Of a DNA stretch of 64,000 bases, positions 1 to 13,505 are shown one piece after another. The stretch is from NCBI GenBank assembly GCA_965243025.1, contig CBDETY010000003.1, positions 128,001 to 192,000 of the forward strand, in the 5' to 3' direction. This stretch comes from Candidatus Latescibacterota bacterium (GTDB taxonomy: Bacteria > Latescibacterota > UBA2968 > UBA8231). Within the stretch, counting starts at the first letter, position 1, and each line of letters begins with the position of its first letter. Below the pieces are notes generated by a model. The model was not told where the DNA came from and made no database searches. It was given only the letters and a program-made list of their open reading frames with translations. Both the position numbers and the translations under genes were made by a program.

Positions 1-507
1 TCCCTTGCGCGGTATCTTGTCGCCCCCGGAGACGTCGATCACGTAGATGGCGTAGTCGACGAGCTCCTTGCTGAAGTGCGCGGCGAGGTTGTCGCCGCCG
101 CTTTCGAGCAGGAGCAGGTCGGGGCGGCAGCGCTCCATGAGGGTCTCGAGGGCGTCGAGGTTGAGGGCGATGTCCTCGCGGATCGCCGCGTGCGGGCAGC
201 CGCCGGTCTCCACGCCGATGATGCGGTCGCTGTCCAGGGCGTCGTGGCGGACGAGGAAGTCGGCGTCCTCGCGGGTGAAGATGTCGTTGGTCACCACCCC
301 GAGCTCCCAGTTCGTGCGCAGCCTTTCGCAGAGGGCCTTTACGAGCGCCGTCTTGCCGCTTCCCACCGGTCCGCCGATGCCGGCGGTGAAGGCGCGGCTC
401 TGCAGGTCCCTGCGGTCTGCCATCCCCTCCCGGGCGGCGTAGGATCCGGGATCGTCGGGATGGCTGTGGCCGTGCCCGTTTTCGTTGTCGTGGCTGTGGG
501 TGTGCAT
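1..507 (-). CDS. ureG: Urease accessory GTPase UreG (C-terminus runs off the window edge), His-rich N-terminus
   Basis: Manual translation from ATG 507 (absent from the ORF track): [17 protein letters not shown]...[11 protein letters not shown]...TNDIFTRED...[14 protein letters not shown]...ESGGDNLAA...[13 protein letters not shown]. Confidence 0.95.
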   Translation of the reverse strand, partial: MHTHSHDNENGHGHSHPDDPGSYAAREGMADRRDLQSRAFTAGIGGPVGSGKTALVKALCERLRTNWELGVVTNDIFTREDADFLVRHDALDSDRIIGVETGGCPHAAIREDIALNLDALETLMERCRPDLLLLESGGDNLAAHFSKELVDYAIYVIDVSGGDKIPRKG

Positions 508-620
508 GTCGGTCTCCGCTGGTGTGCAGTTCAACTGTGGAAACAGGGTGAGTTCAGGCGCCACGGGCGATCGGTGATCTCGCAGCTGTGGATGGGCATG
601 GCGATCTCGTCGACAGCGGA

Positions 621-1358
621 TCAGCTCTGGAACAGCCGCGAGTACAGGTGTCCGTGCGCGGCCTGCGCCAGGTCGAGCTGGGGGGCGCCCCGGCTCGCCT
701 CCTCGCAGGGAATCAGGCGCGAGTCCCGGGCGGCCCTGGCGCACTCGGGGCGCAGGGAGGCGTGGCGCTCCACCGCCTCGAGGGGGCCGAGGATGCCGAG
801 GCGTACCGCGGCCCCGAACTGGTCTCGCAGCAGCTGGTGCAGGAAAAGGGTGGCCGCCTCCTCCTCGCCGACCCCGGCGGCGCCGAGACAGGCCCCGAAG
901 AGTATGCAGCCGTGGGGGGCCGTACCGGGCGTCGAGAAGAGGCGCTCGATGCGGCGCTGGCCCGGGCCGGGGAACAGCCGCGGGAACAGGCGCAGCCAGC
1001 CGCGCCCGGTCTTGAGGCTCGCCTGGCGCGCGCAGGCCGCGGTCTGCATGGCGTCGTAGCGCTGCGCCAGCTCCACGAGTCCGGCCCCCGGGGGCTGCGC
1101 GAGCCTCCAGGCTTCCCGCAGGAAGGGGAGATCGCAGGTGCCGGCGGTGCGCAGGGCCTGGCGCGCGAACTGGTGCAGACTGTCCCCGTCGGCGACCAGC
1201 CCCAGCTGCCGCGCCGCTTCCAGGCCCGCGGAAAAGGCGTAGCCCCCGGTCGGCAGGGCCGCGTCTCCGAGCTGCAACAGCAGCAGCAGGGGGTCCCCGC
1301 TATTGGCGGCGCCGGGGACCGTTCCGGGTTCCGTCTCGATGGCGGGGTACTGTGTCAT
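621..1358 (-). CDS. ureF: Urease accessory protein UreF
   Basis: C-terminal part of ORF 621..2969 from MTQYP; [20 protein letters not shown] motif and terminal [11 protein letters not shown]. Confidence 0.9.
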   Translation of the reverse strand: MTQYPAIETEPGTVPGAANSGDPLLLLLQLGDAALPTGGYAFSAGLEAARQLGLVADGDSLHQFARQALRTAGTCDLPFLREAWRLAQPPGAGLVELAQRYDAMQTAACARQASLKTGRGWLRLFPRLFPGPGQRRIERLFSTPGTAPHGCILFGACLGAAGVGEEEAATLFLHQLLRDQFGAAVRLGILGPLEAVERHASLRPECARAARDSRLIPCEEASRGAPQLDLAQAAHGHLYSRLFQS

Positions 1359-1384
1359 GGGGTCTCGCTGAACTTCCGGCTGAC

Positions 1385-3097
<1,713 letters not shown>

Positions 3098-3113
3098 GCG
3101 GTCGTTCTCCGTT

Positions 3114-3881
3114 TCAGGTGGCGGGCCGGTCGCAGAGGAAGCCGCGCTCCCGCGCCCGGGACAGGGCCGGGCCCCGCCGCTCGTCGCTGGCCTCGCCGCC
3201 GGTCAGGCCGTTGCCTCCGAACACCCGGCGGCGCCCGTCGATGGCGACGAGGTCGACGGTCTTCACCTCTCCCGGCTCGAAGCGGACCGCGGTGCCGCTG
3301 GGGATGTCGAGGCGGAAGCCGAAGGCGCGCCCGCGGTCGAAGCTCAACTGCGGGTTGGTCTCGAAGAACGGGTAGTGGGACCCGACCTGGACCGGCCGGT
3401 CACCGAGGTTGGCGACCTCGAGCCGGACCGTCTCCCTGCCGCTGTTGATCTCGATCTCTCCTGGGGCCGGGACCACCTCTCCCGGAGCCGCCCCGGTGGA
3501 GTTGTCCGGCGACCAGGGGGCGGATGCCGTGCGTTCGAGGCCGGACCCGTGAAGGGCGAGCAGAGGGTCGCCGCGCCCGCTGCAGATCGGGTCGTGCACC
3601 GTCACCAGCTTGGTGCCGTCCGGGAACGTCCCCTCGACCTGCACCTCGCCGACCATCTCCGGCACCCCTGGCAGGACGTCGGCGGTGCCGAGCAGCCGCT
3701 TGCCCCGGTCCATGAGGTCGGCGACGCTGCCGCCGTCGCGGATGAACTCGAGCAGCTGCGAGGCGATCAGGGCCACCGCCTCCGGGTAGTTGAGCCGCAG
3801 CCCCCGGGCGTAGCGCTTCTGGCTGACGAAGCCGGCCCCGTGCAGGACGAGCTTGTCGATCTCCCTCGGTGACAGTCGCAT
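3114..3881 (-). CDS. ureAB: Fused urease gamma/beta subunit
   Basis: [11 protein letters not shown]...[17 protein letters not shown] (gamma) then [19 protein letters not shown]...[15 protein letters not shown] (beta) in one frame. Confidence 0.95.
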   Translation of the reverse strand: MRLSPREIDKLVLHGAGFVSQKRYARGLRLNYPEAVALIASQLLEFIRDGGSVADLMDRGKRLLGTADVLPGVPEMVGEVQVEGTFPDGTKLVTVHDPICSGRGDPLLALHGSGLERTASAPWSPDNSTGAAPGEVVPAPGEIEINSGRETVRLEVANLGDRPVQVGSHYPFFETNPQLSFDRGRAFGFRLDIPSGTAVRFEPGEVKTVDLVAIDGRRRVFGGNGLTGGEASDERRGPALSRARERGFLCDRPAT

Positions 3882-3886
3882 GCGCT

Positions 3887-4785
<899 letters not shown>

Positions 4786-4789
<4 letters not shown>

Positions 4790-5763
4790 GACGGAGACAT
4801 CCCGCGGCCGCCCCGTTCCCAGGGAAACAGGAAGCGCTCGATCAGCCCGAGGACCTGGTCGGTGGTCAGCCCGATGATGCCGATCATGGCGATGGCGGCG
4901 AAGACGTTGTCGTAGTTCCGGTACTTCGCCTGCTGGTTGATGAAGTAGCTGATCCCGGAGCTGGCCCCGATCAGCTCGGCGACGATCAGGTAGGTCCAGG
5001 CCCAGCCGAGCAGGATGCGCAGGTCGCGGTAGAGCTTGGGCAGGATCCCGGGGACGATCACGTGCAGGATCAGCTGCTTGCGCCGCGCCCCGAGGGTCTG
5101 CGCCGCCTCGATCAGGGAGGTCTCGAGCAGGCGCGTGGTGTTGCCGACGACGAGCACCATCTGGAAGAAGGTGCCGATGAAGATGATGGCGACCTTGGGG
5201 GCGTCGTTGATGCCGACGAAGGCGACGACGAGGGCGCCGAACGCCGGCGCCGGCATGTAGCGGATGAAGTCGACGAACGGCTCGGTGAGGCGGGCGAAGA
5301 AGTGGAAGGTGCCGCACAGGATCCCCAGGGGGACGCCGATGAAGGCCGACAGCACGAACCCGTAGAAGATGACGCGGATGCTGTGGGCGATGCTCTCGTG
5401 GAGCCAGGGCCCGCCGCGCCGCACCGGCGGCGTCGCAAAAGCGGTGACGAAGGCCGCGGCCGCCTCGTGCGGAGCCGGCAGGTACACCGGGTTGCAGCGC
5501 CGCCCGGCGGCTTCCGCCCTGCCCTGCTCGCGCGCCAGGGCGTTCTCGCGGGCGAACAGCTCGCGGTCGACGCGCATGCCGGGCTCGAAATAGCCGATTT
5601 CCCCGGGGTCGGCCACCAGGATCTGCGGACTCCACACCCAGGGCACGTAGCTGACCGCCCCCCACAGCGACAGGGGGAGCAGGAACGACAGCAGGCCGAG
5701 TCCGAGGCCGCGCCGCGGGGAAAGCGGCTTTCTGACGGCGAGCCAGGGGCCCCGGTTTCCCAT
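4786..5763 (-). CDS. NitT/TauT-family ABC permease
   Basis: Hydrophobic; [19 protein letters not shown] (EAA loop), [14 protein letters not shown]. Confidence 0.9.
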
Positions 5764-5771
5764 GGCGCGGC

Positions 5772-7643
5772 TCAGGCGAACAGTCTCTTCAGCTCGCCGT
5801 CGAGAGGCGCCTCCGCACATCCGGGAGGCAGGCCGAGACGGCGGCCGACGACGCCGAAGAAGAGGCTCCTGCGGGCGTCGTGACCTTGGAGCCGGCTCGC
5901 CAGCACGTCGGCGGCGGCCAGCCCGGAGCTCAGGGTGACGACGCCGGGGCGGGGCAGGAGGTCGTAGTTGCCCCAGCGGCTGCGGTAGAGACCGGTGCGG
6001 CCCCAGCGGACCGCGACGTTGAGCGATTCGGCCATCCCGTAGCAGTCGAACAGGGCGCCGTACATCAGGGCGAGGTCGCAGCATACCGAGGCGAAGCAGG
6101 CCGGATCCGGGCCGTGCCAGTCGCTGCGCAGCGGCGCCGGGATCAGCCCGAACAGGTTGGAGATGCTCAGCCGCGTGGCCCCCTTGAAGCGGGCGAACGA
6201 AAGCAGGGGGGCGCCGCGGTAGTCGAGCAGCAGGCGGGGCACGAAGCCGGCGAGCTCCGGGTGGGCGAGTTCGACGCCGGCGGCCCGCAGCAGGCCGTCA
6301 ACCTCGTCAGGGCCGGCGCACTGGCCGTCCCAGAACGCCTCGGTGACGTTGAGGTAATGGGCGCCGTGGCGGTCGATCACCTCCTGGAGGCCGGTGCGGC
6401 GCAGGTACTCCGCCTCCTGCTCCCGTATCCAGCGGCGGTGGCGGCGGCCGTCGGGCCACTCGATCCCGGGATCTGTGCCGTCGTTGCGGCCGGCGCTGTG
6501 CCCCTCGAGGAGGACGGCGCGGCCGTCGAGGGCGGTCAGCAGCTGGTCGAGGGCGACCGGGTCGGTGTAGGTGCCGGGGGCGTACCCGTGCCAGGTCACC
6601 TTGACGAAGACCGGGTCGCCGCGGATGCCGAAGCGGTCGAGGAGCTTTTCAAGGCTTCCGGTATCGAAGATCCTCGCTACTACTCCGGGGCCGTAGGCCA
6701 GGTCTTCGGGGATGCGGTCCCCGAGCTCGGCGACAGCGAGCCGGCCGCCCGGCCCGGAAAGAACGGAGCGCTGCATGCCGCCGGCGCCGCGGGCGTTGGG
6801 CAGGCGCGCCGACGCCCTGGAGCGGTGCGAGTTCCACAGCCTGAGCAGGCGCGCCTGCAGCCAGGCGGCGATGTTCGGGTGGCCGTCGGCGAAGTCCCCG
6901 ACCAGGCAAGGGGGCCCGGTGGGTCGGCCGGCGGCCCATTCCCGCACCCGCCGCAGGAACAGCTCGCGCGCCCCGGCCTCGGCGAGGATCGCGGGAACCA
7001 GCAGGCGCGGCCCTTCCCCTGCCTCGAGGACGGTCTCCAGCCCGGGGTTGTCGCAGTACAGGAAAGCCGCGTCCGCTTTCCCCGCTCCCACCTCCTCCCA
7101 GACCAGGCGCATGAGGCGGTAGACGCGGGCGCGGTCCGCGGCGTCTCCCTGGCCGCCGGAGACGACGACGAGATGGGCCTCGCCGGGCGGCACCCCGGCC
7201 CGGTTCAGGGCCTCAAGGGCGGAGTCGGCGAAAGCCCGCACCGGCAGCGGCTCGCACAGGTCCGGTTCGTCGCAGAAGATGCGGGCCCCTCCCGGGCGCC
7301 TGCGGGCGCGGGCGACGCTCTCGGCGAACGCCTGCCTGCGGAAGAGGTCGAACCCCGAGGTGAACGGCAGCAGGAAGAGCTCGTCGTGTCCCTGTTCGAT
7401 ACAGCCCTCCAGCACTTCGTCGAGGCCGGAGGCCCCGGAGTCGGCGCCGGATTGCCCAGCCTCCGCCATCGCAGCGCCGAACAGGGGGGCGTCGAAACCG
7501 AGGGCGGCGGAGGCTCCGGCCGCCACCGCTGCGGCGAGACCGCGGTCGCCCGCGGCGCCCGCGTCCCCGGCGATGACGAAAGCAGGACCGGCCGCGGGGG
7601 CCGCCGGCGGCGCGGTTGCGGGGGATGCGGCGGCTTCGCTCAC
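5772..7643 (-). CDS. Uncharacterised fusion: CbiX/SirB chelatase-like N-domain + DUF362-like C-domain
   Basis: GTG 7643 overlaps the upstream stop (GTGA). N-half LFLLPF...[11 protein letters not shown]...AAFL...LLVPAIL resembles CbiX; C-half VFVKVTWHG...TYTDP...LLEGHS...[17 protein letters not shown]...WHG resembles DUF362. Confidence 0.6.
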   Translation of the reverse strand: MSEAAASPATAPPAAPAAGPAFVIAGDAGAAGDRGLAAAVAAGASAALGFDAPLFGAAMAEAGQSGADSGASGLDEVLEGCIEQGHDELFLLPFTSGFDLFRRQAFAESVARARRRPGGARIFCDEPDLCEPLPVRAFADSALEALNRAGVPPGEAHLVVVSGGQGDAADRARVYRLMRLVWEEVGAGKADAAFLYCDNPGLETVLEAGEGPRLLVPAILAEAGARELFLRRVREWAAGRPTGPPCLVGDFADGHPNIAAWLQARLLRLWNSHRSRASARLPNARGAGGMQRSVLSGPGGRLAVAELGDRIPEDLAYGPGVVARIFDTGSLEKLLDRFGIRGDPVFVKVTWHGYAPGTYTDPVALDQLLTALDGRAVLLEGHSAGRNDGTDPGIEWPDGRRHRRWIREQEAEYLRRTGLQEVIDRHGAHYLNVTEAFWDGQCAGPDEVDGLLRAAGVELAHPELAGFVPRLLLDYRGAPLLSFARFKGATRLSISNLFGLIPAPLRSDWHGPDPACFASVCCDLALMYGALFDCYGMAESLNVAVRWGRTGLYRSRWGNYDLLPRPGVVTLSSGLAAADVLASRLQGHDARRSLFFGVVGRRLGLPPGCAEAPLDGELKRLFA

Positions 7644-8809
7644 CCCTCTGCCCCTGCCGCGAGCTTGCCGCCGATGCGGCCGTTGTCCACCATCGCCGCC
7701 AGCGCGTCCATCATGGCGCGCACCCCGAGCAGGGCGGTGATGTCGGAGACGTCGTAGGGGGGTGCGACCTCGACGACCTCCATGGCGGCGATCCCCTCGG
7801 CGGCGATGCCGCGCAGCAGGGCCAGGGCCTCCCGCGGCAGGAACCCGCCGGGCTCGGGCCAGCCGGTGCCGGGCACGTACCCGGCGTCGACGGAGTCGAT
7901 GTCGAAGGAGAGGTACACGGCGCTGGCCCCCTTCCAGGCGACCTCGAGGGCGATCTCGAGGGTCTTGTCGATCCCCAGGGACTCGATGTCGTCGATGGTC
8001 AGCACCGTCGAGCGCATCGAGCGGCCGTGGCGCACCCCGGCGCGCGGCACCTGCCAGCCGCCGATCCCCAGCTGCACGAGGTTGGCGGGCGGGCAGTTGG
8101 GGATGCTGGTGGCGTGGAACCAGGGGCAGGTGTGCATGATCTCGTCCATGTCCCGCTCCTGGGTGTCGACGTGCCGGTCGAGGTGGATGATGCCGATGTT
8201 CCCCTCGACGCACTCGGCCACCCCTCGCGCGCATGGGTAGCCGATCGAGTGGTCCCCTCCCATGATCATCGGCAGGGTGTCGCTGCCGATCACGTGGGCC
8301 ACCGCCTTCGAGATCTGGTCGTGGCTCTTGGTGATGTTGGCGGGGCAGAAGACGTCCCCGAGGTCGCACATCTTCAGCGTCTCCCTCAGGTCGATTCCCA
8401 TCTCGAAGTTGTAGGGGGTGTAGAGGGAGGAAATGCGCCGCATGCCCTGGGGCCCGAAGCGGGTCCCGGAGCGGTAGGTGGTGCCGATGTCGAAGGGGGC
8501 GCCGAGGAAGGCGACGTCGTACTCGCCGACCCGGCGCACGTCCTCGAGGAACGGGCACTTGAGGAAGGTGTTGATCCCCGACCAGTGGGGCAGCTCGCCG
8601 CGCTGGAAGCAGCTGATCCCCTCGCGGTCCTCGATCGAGGGGGCCGCCTCGAGGCCGAGTTCGCGCCCCCTCGCCGCCTCGGTCCGCCACTGCTCGTCGC
8701 CGAGCCCGGCCTCGGCGTCCTGGGCCTTCCACCCCCGCAGCTGGGAGAGGTCGGGGACGTCGCGGCCGTGGCCGCGGAATCCGGGGGCGTGGTCCTGGTA
8801 GAAGGGCAA
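7640..8809 (-). CDS. gdmH: Ureohydrolase of the guanidine hydrolase (GdmH/Sll1077-like) subfamily
   Basis: RGELPHWSGINTFLK, GGDHS, HLDRHVD, MHTCPWFHAT, GIGGWQVPR, FDIDSVD, PGTGWPEPGG match recalled GdmH signatures; TTG start with AAGGAGG RBS. Confidence 0.85.
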   Translation of the reverse strand: MPFYQDHAPGFRGHGRDVPDLSQLRGWKAQDAEAGLGDEQWRTEAARGRELGLEAAPSIEDREGISCFQRGELPHWSGINTFLKCPFLEDVRRVGEYDVAFLGAPFDIGTTYRSGTRFGPQGMRRISSLYTPYNFEMGIDLRETLKMCDLGDVFCPANITKSHDQISKAVAHVIGSDTLPMIMGGDHSIGYPCARGVAECVEGNIGIIHLDRHVDTQERDMDEIMHTCPWFHATSIPNCPPANLVQLGIGGWQVPRAGVRHGRSMRSTVLTIDDIESLGIDKTLEIALEVAWKGASAVYLSFDIDSVDAGYVPGTGWPEPGGFLPREALALLRGIAAEGIAAMEVVEVAPPYDVSDITALLGVRAMMDALAAMVDNGRIGGKLAAGAEG

Positions 8810-8870
8810 CTCGACATCCTCCTTGGTTGGTGATTGGCGGCGCCGGCTCGGGTGTCCGGTGCCGTGCTCC

Positions 8871-9875
8871 CTACTCCTTCTTCGCCAGCTTCCCGGCGTA
8901 CTCCACGACCAGCGAGGGGTCGAGATAGGAGTCGACGGCCTGCGGCTTGTCGTACACCTTGTTGGCGACGTTGAACTCGTCGACTACTGCGCTCGATCCG
9001 TAGACCGAGCCGAGGCCCTCCGCCTTTGTGAAGCGCTCGACCGACTCTTCGAGGGAGAGGATGTAGGTTCCCTTGGTGAAGGGGGCGTACTGCTCCGGGG
9101 TGAGGCCGACCCGGGCGCTCATGATGCCGAGGGCCTCCTCGCGGTTCGCCTCGTCGGCGAGGTAGTCGACGATCCGGTACCAGACCCCGACCACCTTCAT
9201 CCAGTCGCCGCGGTTCGCCGCCAGGCTCTCGCTGCTGACGTAGAGCAGGTCGTAGATGATGCCCGGGGCGTCGGCGCTGGTGAAGACCGGCTTCGAGCCG
9301 GCGACCAGGTTGAGCGCCTGTCCCGAGTTGGGCTGCCAGGCGACGATGGCGTCGACCCCCTTGGAGGCCAGCGCCTGTGGGGTCTCGTGGGTCGGCATGT
9401 TCATCAGCTCGACGTCGGCTTCCTTCATGCCGTTTGCCTCCAGCGCCGTCAGCAGCAGCAGGTGGGAGACGAAGCCGAGCTCGACGCCGACCTTCCTGCC
9501 CTTGAGCCCGGCCACCGCGCCGATCCCCGGCCGCGCCACGACCATGTCGTTGCCGTTGCTGTAGTCGTTGAGGATGATCCCCTTGCAGGCCTTGCCGGAC
9601 GAGCCGATGACCATGGCGTCGCCGTTGGTCATGGCCACCGCGTCGATCTGGCCGGCGGCGAAGGCGTCCATCGAGGGGACGTACTCGAACCAGATGAACT
9701 CCGCCTCGACCCCCGCCTCGGCGAACCAGCCCTTCTGTATGCCGACCTCCCATGCGACCCAGCCGGGCCAGTCGCTGTAGCCGATCCTGAGCTTGGCGTC
9801 GAGGCCGGTGGCGGCGGTGGTGACGATGAAGCCGGCGGTCAGCAGTGCCGTCCGCCAGAGCCGTGTGCGTGCCAT
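8871..9875 (-). CDS. ABC substrate-binding protein (NitT/TauT type, guanidine-operon associated)
   Basis: Signal peptide; [21 protein letters not shown]; RBS AAGGAGG. Confidence 0.85.
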   Translation of the reverse strand: MARTRLWRTALLTAGFIVTTAATGLDAKLRIGYSDWPGWVAWEVGIQKGWFAEAGVEAEFIWFEYVPSMDAFAAGQIDAVAMTNGDAMVIGSSGKACKGIILNDYSNGNDMVVARPGIGAVAGLKGRKVGVELGFVSHLLLLTALEANGMKEADVELMNMPTHETPQALASKGVDAIVAWQPNSGQALNLVAGSKPVFTSADAPGIIYDLLYVSSESLAANRGDWMKVVGVWYRIVDYLADEANREEALGIMSARVGLTPEQYAPFTKGTYILSLEESVERFTKAEGLGSVYGSSAVVDEFNVANKVYDKPQAVDSYLDPSLVVEYAGKLAKKE

Positions 9876-9941
9876 GAAATCCTCCTTGAGAATGAATCCG
9901 CGGCGCGGAAAAGGCGTGTTGATGGGAAACGCGGGACAGTT

Positions 9942-9957
9942 TGCAAATCAGGGGCCA
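9942..9957 (-). promoter_or_regulatory. Sigma54 -24/-12 promoter of the guanidine/urease operon
   Basis: Minus strand TGGCCCCTGATTTGCA (GG-N10-GC). Confidence 0.8.
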
Positions 9958-10091
9958 GACCGTTAGTCCGGTGTTCAGGAAACCGCCCGGCGACTGGCGC
10001 AACTGTTTGTCGGGGAAAGGGTTGTACCCGAGGTGTTTTTTTCGGGGGGTCGCGAAGGCTACCGGGGGAAGAGGCGATTGGCGATGCAGTA

Positions 10092-10135
10092 CGACATTTT
10101 TGTAGCAGGAAATCCTCGTTAAGACACTATTGTCG
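10092..10135. promoter_or_regulatory. Paired enhancer sites (ACA-N4-TGT x2, 30 bp apart)
   Basis: cGACATTTTTGTAg (10092) and aGACACTATTGTCg (10122). Confidence 0.7.
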
Positions 10136-11023
10136 CACAGGGCCCGGGTGCGGGCCGAGCAGTCTTTCGACCGGGTTGCCTCCGAGCAGGATGCCGGCCG
10201 CATCCCCGAGGAGCCGGCGCAGGGGATCGAGGGATTCGCACCGGTCCGCCAGGGCCCGCAGCACCCAGACCTCCTCCCGCGGCCGGGAGTGGGCGACGAG
10301 AAGGCCGGACTCCCCGGACGCCGCGGGGCCGCCAGCGGCGGCAGGCGGGATGCTCTCTTCCAGCCGCTCTGCAAGGGAGCGGAAACGGCGGCTGTCGGGG
10401 CGGCCGACGGCGCAGGCGTTGAGGAGGGCGGTGCCGCGGCCGAAGGCCCCGGCCGAGTCCGGCGGGGTCTCGTCCGGCCGCGACCGGTAGCGCTCCAGGA
10501 GGACCGTCCTGCCGTCGACGAGGACGTCGATGTCGGAGCGGTACTCGCGGTAGGCGAAGCGCTCGCCGCGCAGGACCCTGCCGGCGGTGTGCCCGTCCGC
10601 GAGCAGGAGCACGGCATCCCCCTCCAGGCTCCAGCGCTGCCGCTGGCGGTAGATGCTGCCGGCGAACGGCACCACCGGGTCCGGCATGACCACCGCGGTC
10701 CCGCCGTCGGCCACGTCGCCGCGCACATCCTGGCGGCAGCCGTCGCCGGCGGGGCACCTGTACACCTTGCCGAGGGCCTGGGTGCCGAGGAAGAGGGCGG
10801 CCCCCGGACCGCAGCGCACCTCGAGGTCGACGGCGTCCCCCTCGACCAGGCCGCCGCCGTAGGAGGAGAGGATCACCGGGCAGTACCCCTCCGCGGCGCG
10901 CGGGTTGAGCAGCTTGAGCGGGGGGACCGAACGGCAGCGGGTCAGTCTCGAGACGCCGCCGCAGCGCTCGACGGCGGCGAGGGAATGCTGCCCCTGCGAC
11001 GGGGTTCCGGATTCGTCGGTCAC
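10127..11023 (-). CDS. ureD: Urease accessory protein UreD/UreH
   Basis: PPLKLL, SSYGGGLVEGD, TQALGKVYR, PDPVVPFAGSIYRQ, GRVLRGERF. Confidence 0.9.
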   Translation of the reverse strand: MTDESGTPSQGQHSLAAVERCGGVSRLTRCRSVPPLKLLNPRAAEGYCPVILSSYGGGLVEGDAVDLEVRCGPGAALFLGTQALGKVYRCPAGDGCRQDVRGDVADGGTAVVMPDPVVPFAGSIYRQRQRWSLEGDAVLLLADGHTAGRVLRGERFAYREYRSDIDVLVDGRTVLLERYRSRPDETPPDSAGAFGRGTALLNACAVGRPDSRRFRSLAERLEESIPPAAAGGPAASGESGLLVAHSRPREEVWVLRALADRCESLDPLRRLLGDAAGILLGGNPVERLLGPHPGPVRQ

Positions 11024-11046
11024 GCTGGAGGGGCTGCCGGCAGGGC

Positions 11047-11082
11047 AAAAAAGAGGCAGGCCGTCGCCGGGACGGCCTGCCT
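11047..11082 (-). terminator. Rho-independent terminator after glnA
   Basis: AGGCAGGCCGTC/GACGGCCTGCCT stem followed by CTTTTTT on minus strand. Confidence 0.8.
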
Positions 11083-11135
11083 TCTTTCGGATTGGACGGC
11101 GCTCGGCTTCGAACGCCGGCCGGAGTTGCCCAGCC

Positions 11136-12620
11136 TTACACCATGTCGTAGTAGAGGGCGAACTCGTACGGGTGGGGCCGCAGCCGAATGGCGTCGATCT
11201 CCTCTTCCCGCTTGTAGTCGATCCAGGCCTGGATCACGTCCTCGGTGAACACGTCCCCCTTGAGCAGGTACTCGTGATCCTTCTCGAGGGCGTCCATCGC
11301 CTCGTCGAGCGACGCCGGGGTCAGCGGCACCGATTCGCGCTCCTCGGCGGACAGCTCGTAGATGTCGGTGTCCATCGGATCGCCCGGGTCGATCTTGTTG
11401 AGCACCCCGTCGAGGCCGGCCATCAGCATGGCCGACATCCCCAGGTACAGGTTGCAGCTGGGATCGGGGCAGCGGAACTCGACCCGCTTGGCCTTGGGGC
11501 TGGCCGAGTACATCGGGATGCGGCAGGCGGCGCTGCGGTTGCGCTGCGAGTACGCGAGGTTCACCGGCGCTTCGTACCCGGGAACCAGGCGGCGGTAGGA
11601 GTTGGTGGTCGGGTTGGTGAAAGCCAGAAGGGAGGCAGCGTGCTTGAGCAGGCCGCCGATGTAGTGCAGCGCCATCTCGCTCAGCCCGGCGTAGCCGTTG
11701 CCGGCGAACAGCGGCCGGCCCCCCTTCCACAGGCTCTGGTGGGTGTGCATGCCGGTGCCGTTGTCCTCGAACAGGGGCTTGGGCATGAAGGTCGCGGTCT
11801 TGTTGTGTTTCCTGGCGACGTTTTTGACGACGTACTTGTAGATCATCATCTGGTCGCCGCAGCTGACCAGCGGACAGAAGCGGATGTCGATCTCTCCCTG
11901 CCCGGCGGTGCCGACCTCGTGGTGCTGGAGCTCGACGTCGACGCCGGCCTCCATCATCGTCAGCACCATTTCAGAGCGGATGTCCTGCAGCGTGTCGTGC
12001 GGGGGCACCGGGAAATAGCCGCCCTTGTAGGGAGGCTTGTACCCGAGGTTGGGCTGCTCGTCGGCGCCGGAGTTCCAGCGGCCTTCGACGGAGTCGATGA
12101 AGTGGAAGGAGGAGTGCGCGTTCTGGTCGTACTGGATGCTGTCGAAGACGAAGAACTCCGCCTCCGGGCCGAAGTACGCGGTGTCGGCGAGGCCGGTGGA
12201 CTTCAGGTAGGCCTCCGCCCGCCTGGCGACGTTGCGCGGATCTCGGCCGTAGTCCTCGCGCGTGATGGGATCGACGATGTCGCAGATGATCGACAGGGTC
12301 GGGACCTCGCAGAAGGGATCGCGGAAAGCGGTGGCCGGATCGGGCATGACGAGCATGTCGCTCTCGTCGATCGACTGCCAGCCGCGGATGCTGGAGCCGT
12401 CGAACCCGAGGCCGTCGCTGAACATGTCCTCTTCCAGCGTCGAGGCCGGAATCGAGAAGTGCTGCCAGGTTCCTGGGAAGTCGACGAACTTGAAATCGAT
12501 CATCTGCACGCCCTGTGCCTTGGCGGCGGCGACGACCGATCTCGCGGTGGCGGCCGGGGCCGCCTTGGCTTTCGCTTTCGACTTGGGTGAAGCTTTGGTC
12601 TTCGGTTTGGCTTTTGCCAT
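11136..12620 (-). CDS. glnA: Glutamine synthetase type I
   Basis: [58 protein letters not shown]. Confidence 0.98.
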   Translation of the reverse strand: MAKAKPKTKASPKSKAKAKAAPAATARSVVAAAKAQGVQMIDFKFVDFPGTWQHFSIPASTLEEDMFSDGLGFDGSSIRGWQSIDESDMLVMPDPATAFRDPFCEVPTLSIICDIVDPITREDYGRDPRNVARRAEAYLKSTGLADTAYFGPEAEFFVFDSIQYDQNAHSSFHFIDSVEGRWNSGADEQPNLGYKPPYKGGYFPVPPHDTLQDIRSEMVLTMMEAGVDVELQHHEVGTAGQGEIDIRFCPLVSCGDQMMIYKYVVKNVARKHNKTATFMPKPLFEDNGTGMHTHQSLWKGGRPLFAGNGYAGLSEMALHYIGGLLKHAASLLAFTNPTTNSYRRLVPGYEAPVNLAYSQRNRSAACRIPMYSASPKAKRVEFRCPDPSCNLYLGMSAMLMAGLDGVLNKIDPGDPMDTDIYELSAEERESVPLTPASLDEAMDALEKDHEYLLKGDVFTEDVIQAWIDYKREEEIDAIRLRPHPYEFALYYDMV

Positions 12621-12707
12621 TGTGGTTCCTCCGTGGGGAAAAGGGTGCGTTGGCAGTCCGCAGTGGGTTGGAAACGGGAGAATCCGGCGGGTGAAAAACA
12701 GCCCGTG

Positions 12708-12735
12708 AATATAGCGGGGATCTCACCCGCATCAA
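12708..12735 (-). promoter_or_regulatory. Putative sigma70 promoter of glnA
   Basis: TTGATG-N16-TATATT on minus strand. Confidence 0.45.
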
Positions 12736-12775
12736 CGGCCTGGAGGGCCGCTGCGGAAAAAGCGCGTCATGGAGA

Positions 12776-12803
12776 AGCCCCGGGGCGGCGACCCCCCGGG
12801 GCT
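12776..12803 (-). terminator. GC hairpin after the porin gene (weak terminator or stabiliser)
   Basis: AGCCCCGGGG/CCCCGGGGCT inverted repeat; U tract weak. Confidence 0.45.
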
Positions 12804-12854
12804 GTTCGGTATCCCGCCGTGCGTGCCGGCGGTCGGGCGACTTGTCCCGGGGGG

Positions 12855-13505
12855 CTACAGACCCTTCATCAATACCAGGTAGGACTGCTCGGTATCGGGG
12901 TTGAGGATGTACGAAGCGGAGTAGTCCCCCATCGAGACGCCGATGCCGACGTTGATCAGCGCCGGATCCCCGGAGCTGGTGTAGTACGACTCGGTGCCCA
13001 GTCCCGCGAACAGCCCGGCGGAGACGTCGTCGCCGGACATGAACTCGTAGCCGACCTCGGCGTAGACCGGGGTCGTGCCCGCGGCCCCGAGGAAGATCAG
13101 GGCTCCGGTAACGCTCAGCGGTCCGCTGGCGAAGGAGACCATCGCCTCGAGCTGATGAACCGCGTCGTCGTCGTCGTAGTTGAAGAACTCCGTTCCCCCC
13201 CCGTTGGGGAAGTAGTAGTCGCTCAGGGTGATCGAGACCGGCCCCGTCGAGTAGCTGACGTACAGGTCGTTCTCGTTGGCCCCGCTCGAGGTCAGCGACC
13301 AGGACGACCAGGCCCCGATCTCGATGCCGGCCTCGGTCGCGTACGACAGGTACGGCTGAATGACGAAGCTGTCGTCGAGGCTGAGGCCGCGCCAGATGTA
13401 GCGGGTCGCGGCGTCCGCCCCGACTCCGAACTCGGCGTGCGCCGGCACTGAAACCACCGCGGCCAGCGCGGCTGCGTAGAATGCTGCGAGAATCCTGCGT
13501 GCCAT
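12855..13505 (-). CDS. Putative small outer-membrane beta-barrel (TorF/TIGR02001-like)
   Basis: Signal peptide ending AHA; TRYIWRG, IQP, GAWSS, ENDLY; downstream of amtB-glnK. Confidence 0.7.
   Translation of the reverse strand: MARRILAAFYAAALAAVVSVPAHAEFGVGADAATRYIWRGLSLDDSFVIQPYLSYATEAGIEIGAWSSWSLTSSGANENDLYVSYSTGPVSITLSDYYFPNGGGTEFFNYDDDDAVHQLEAMVSFASGPLSVTGALIFLGAAGTTPVYAEVGYEFMSGDDVSAGLFAGLGTESYYTSSGDPALINVGIGVSMGDYSASYILNPDTEQSYLVLMKGL

Noticed and set aside
7640-8809. Ordinary agmatinase (speB)
   Set aside because: The N-terminal extension and the HTCPW, GGWQ and GTGWPEPG motifs fit the GdmH subfamily better
9876-10126. Guanidine (ykkC) riboswitch upstream of the guanidine operon
   Set aside because: No recognisable guanidine riboswitch consensus; the region is explained by a sigma54 promoter and enhancer boxes
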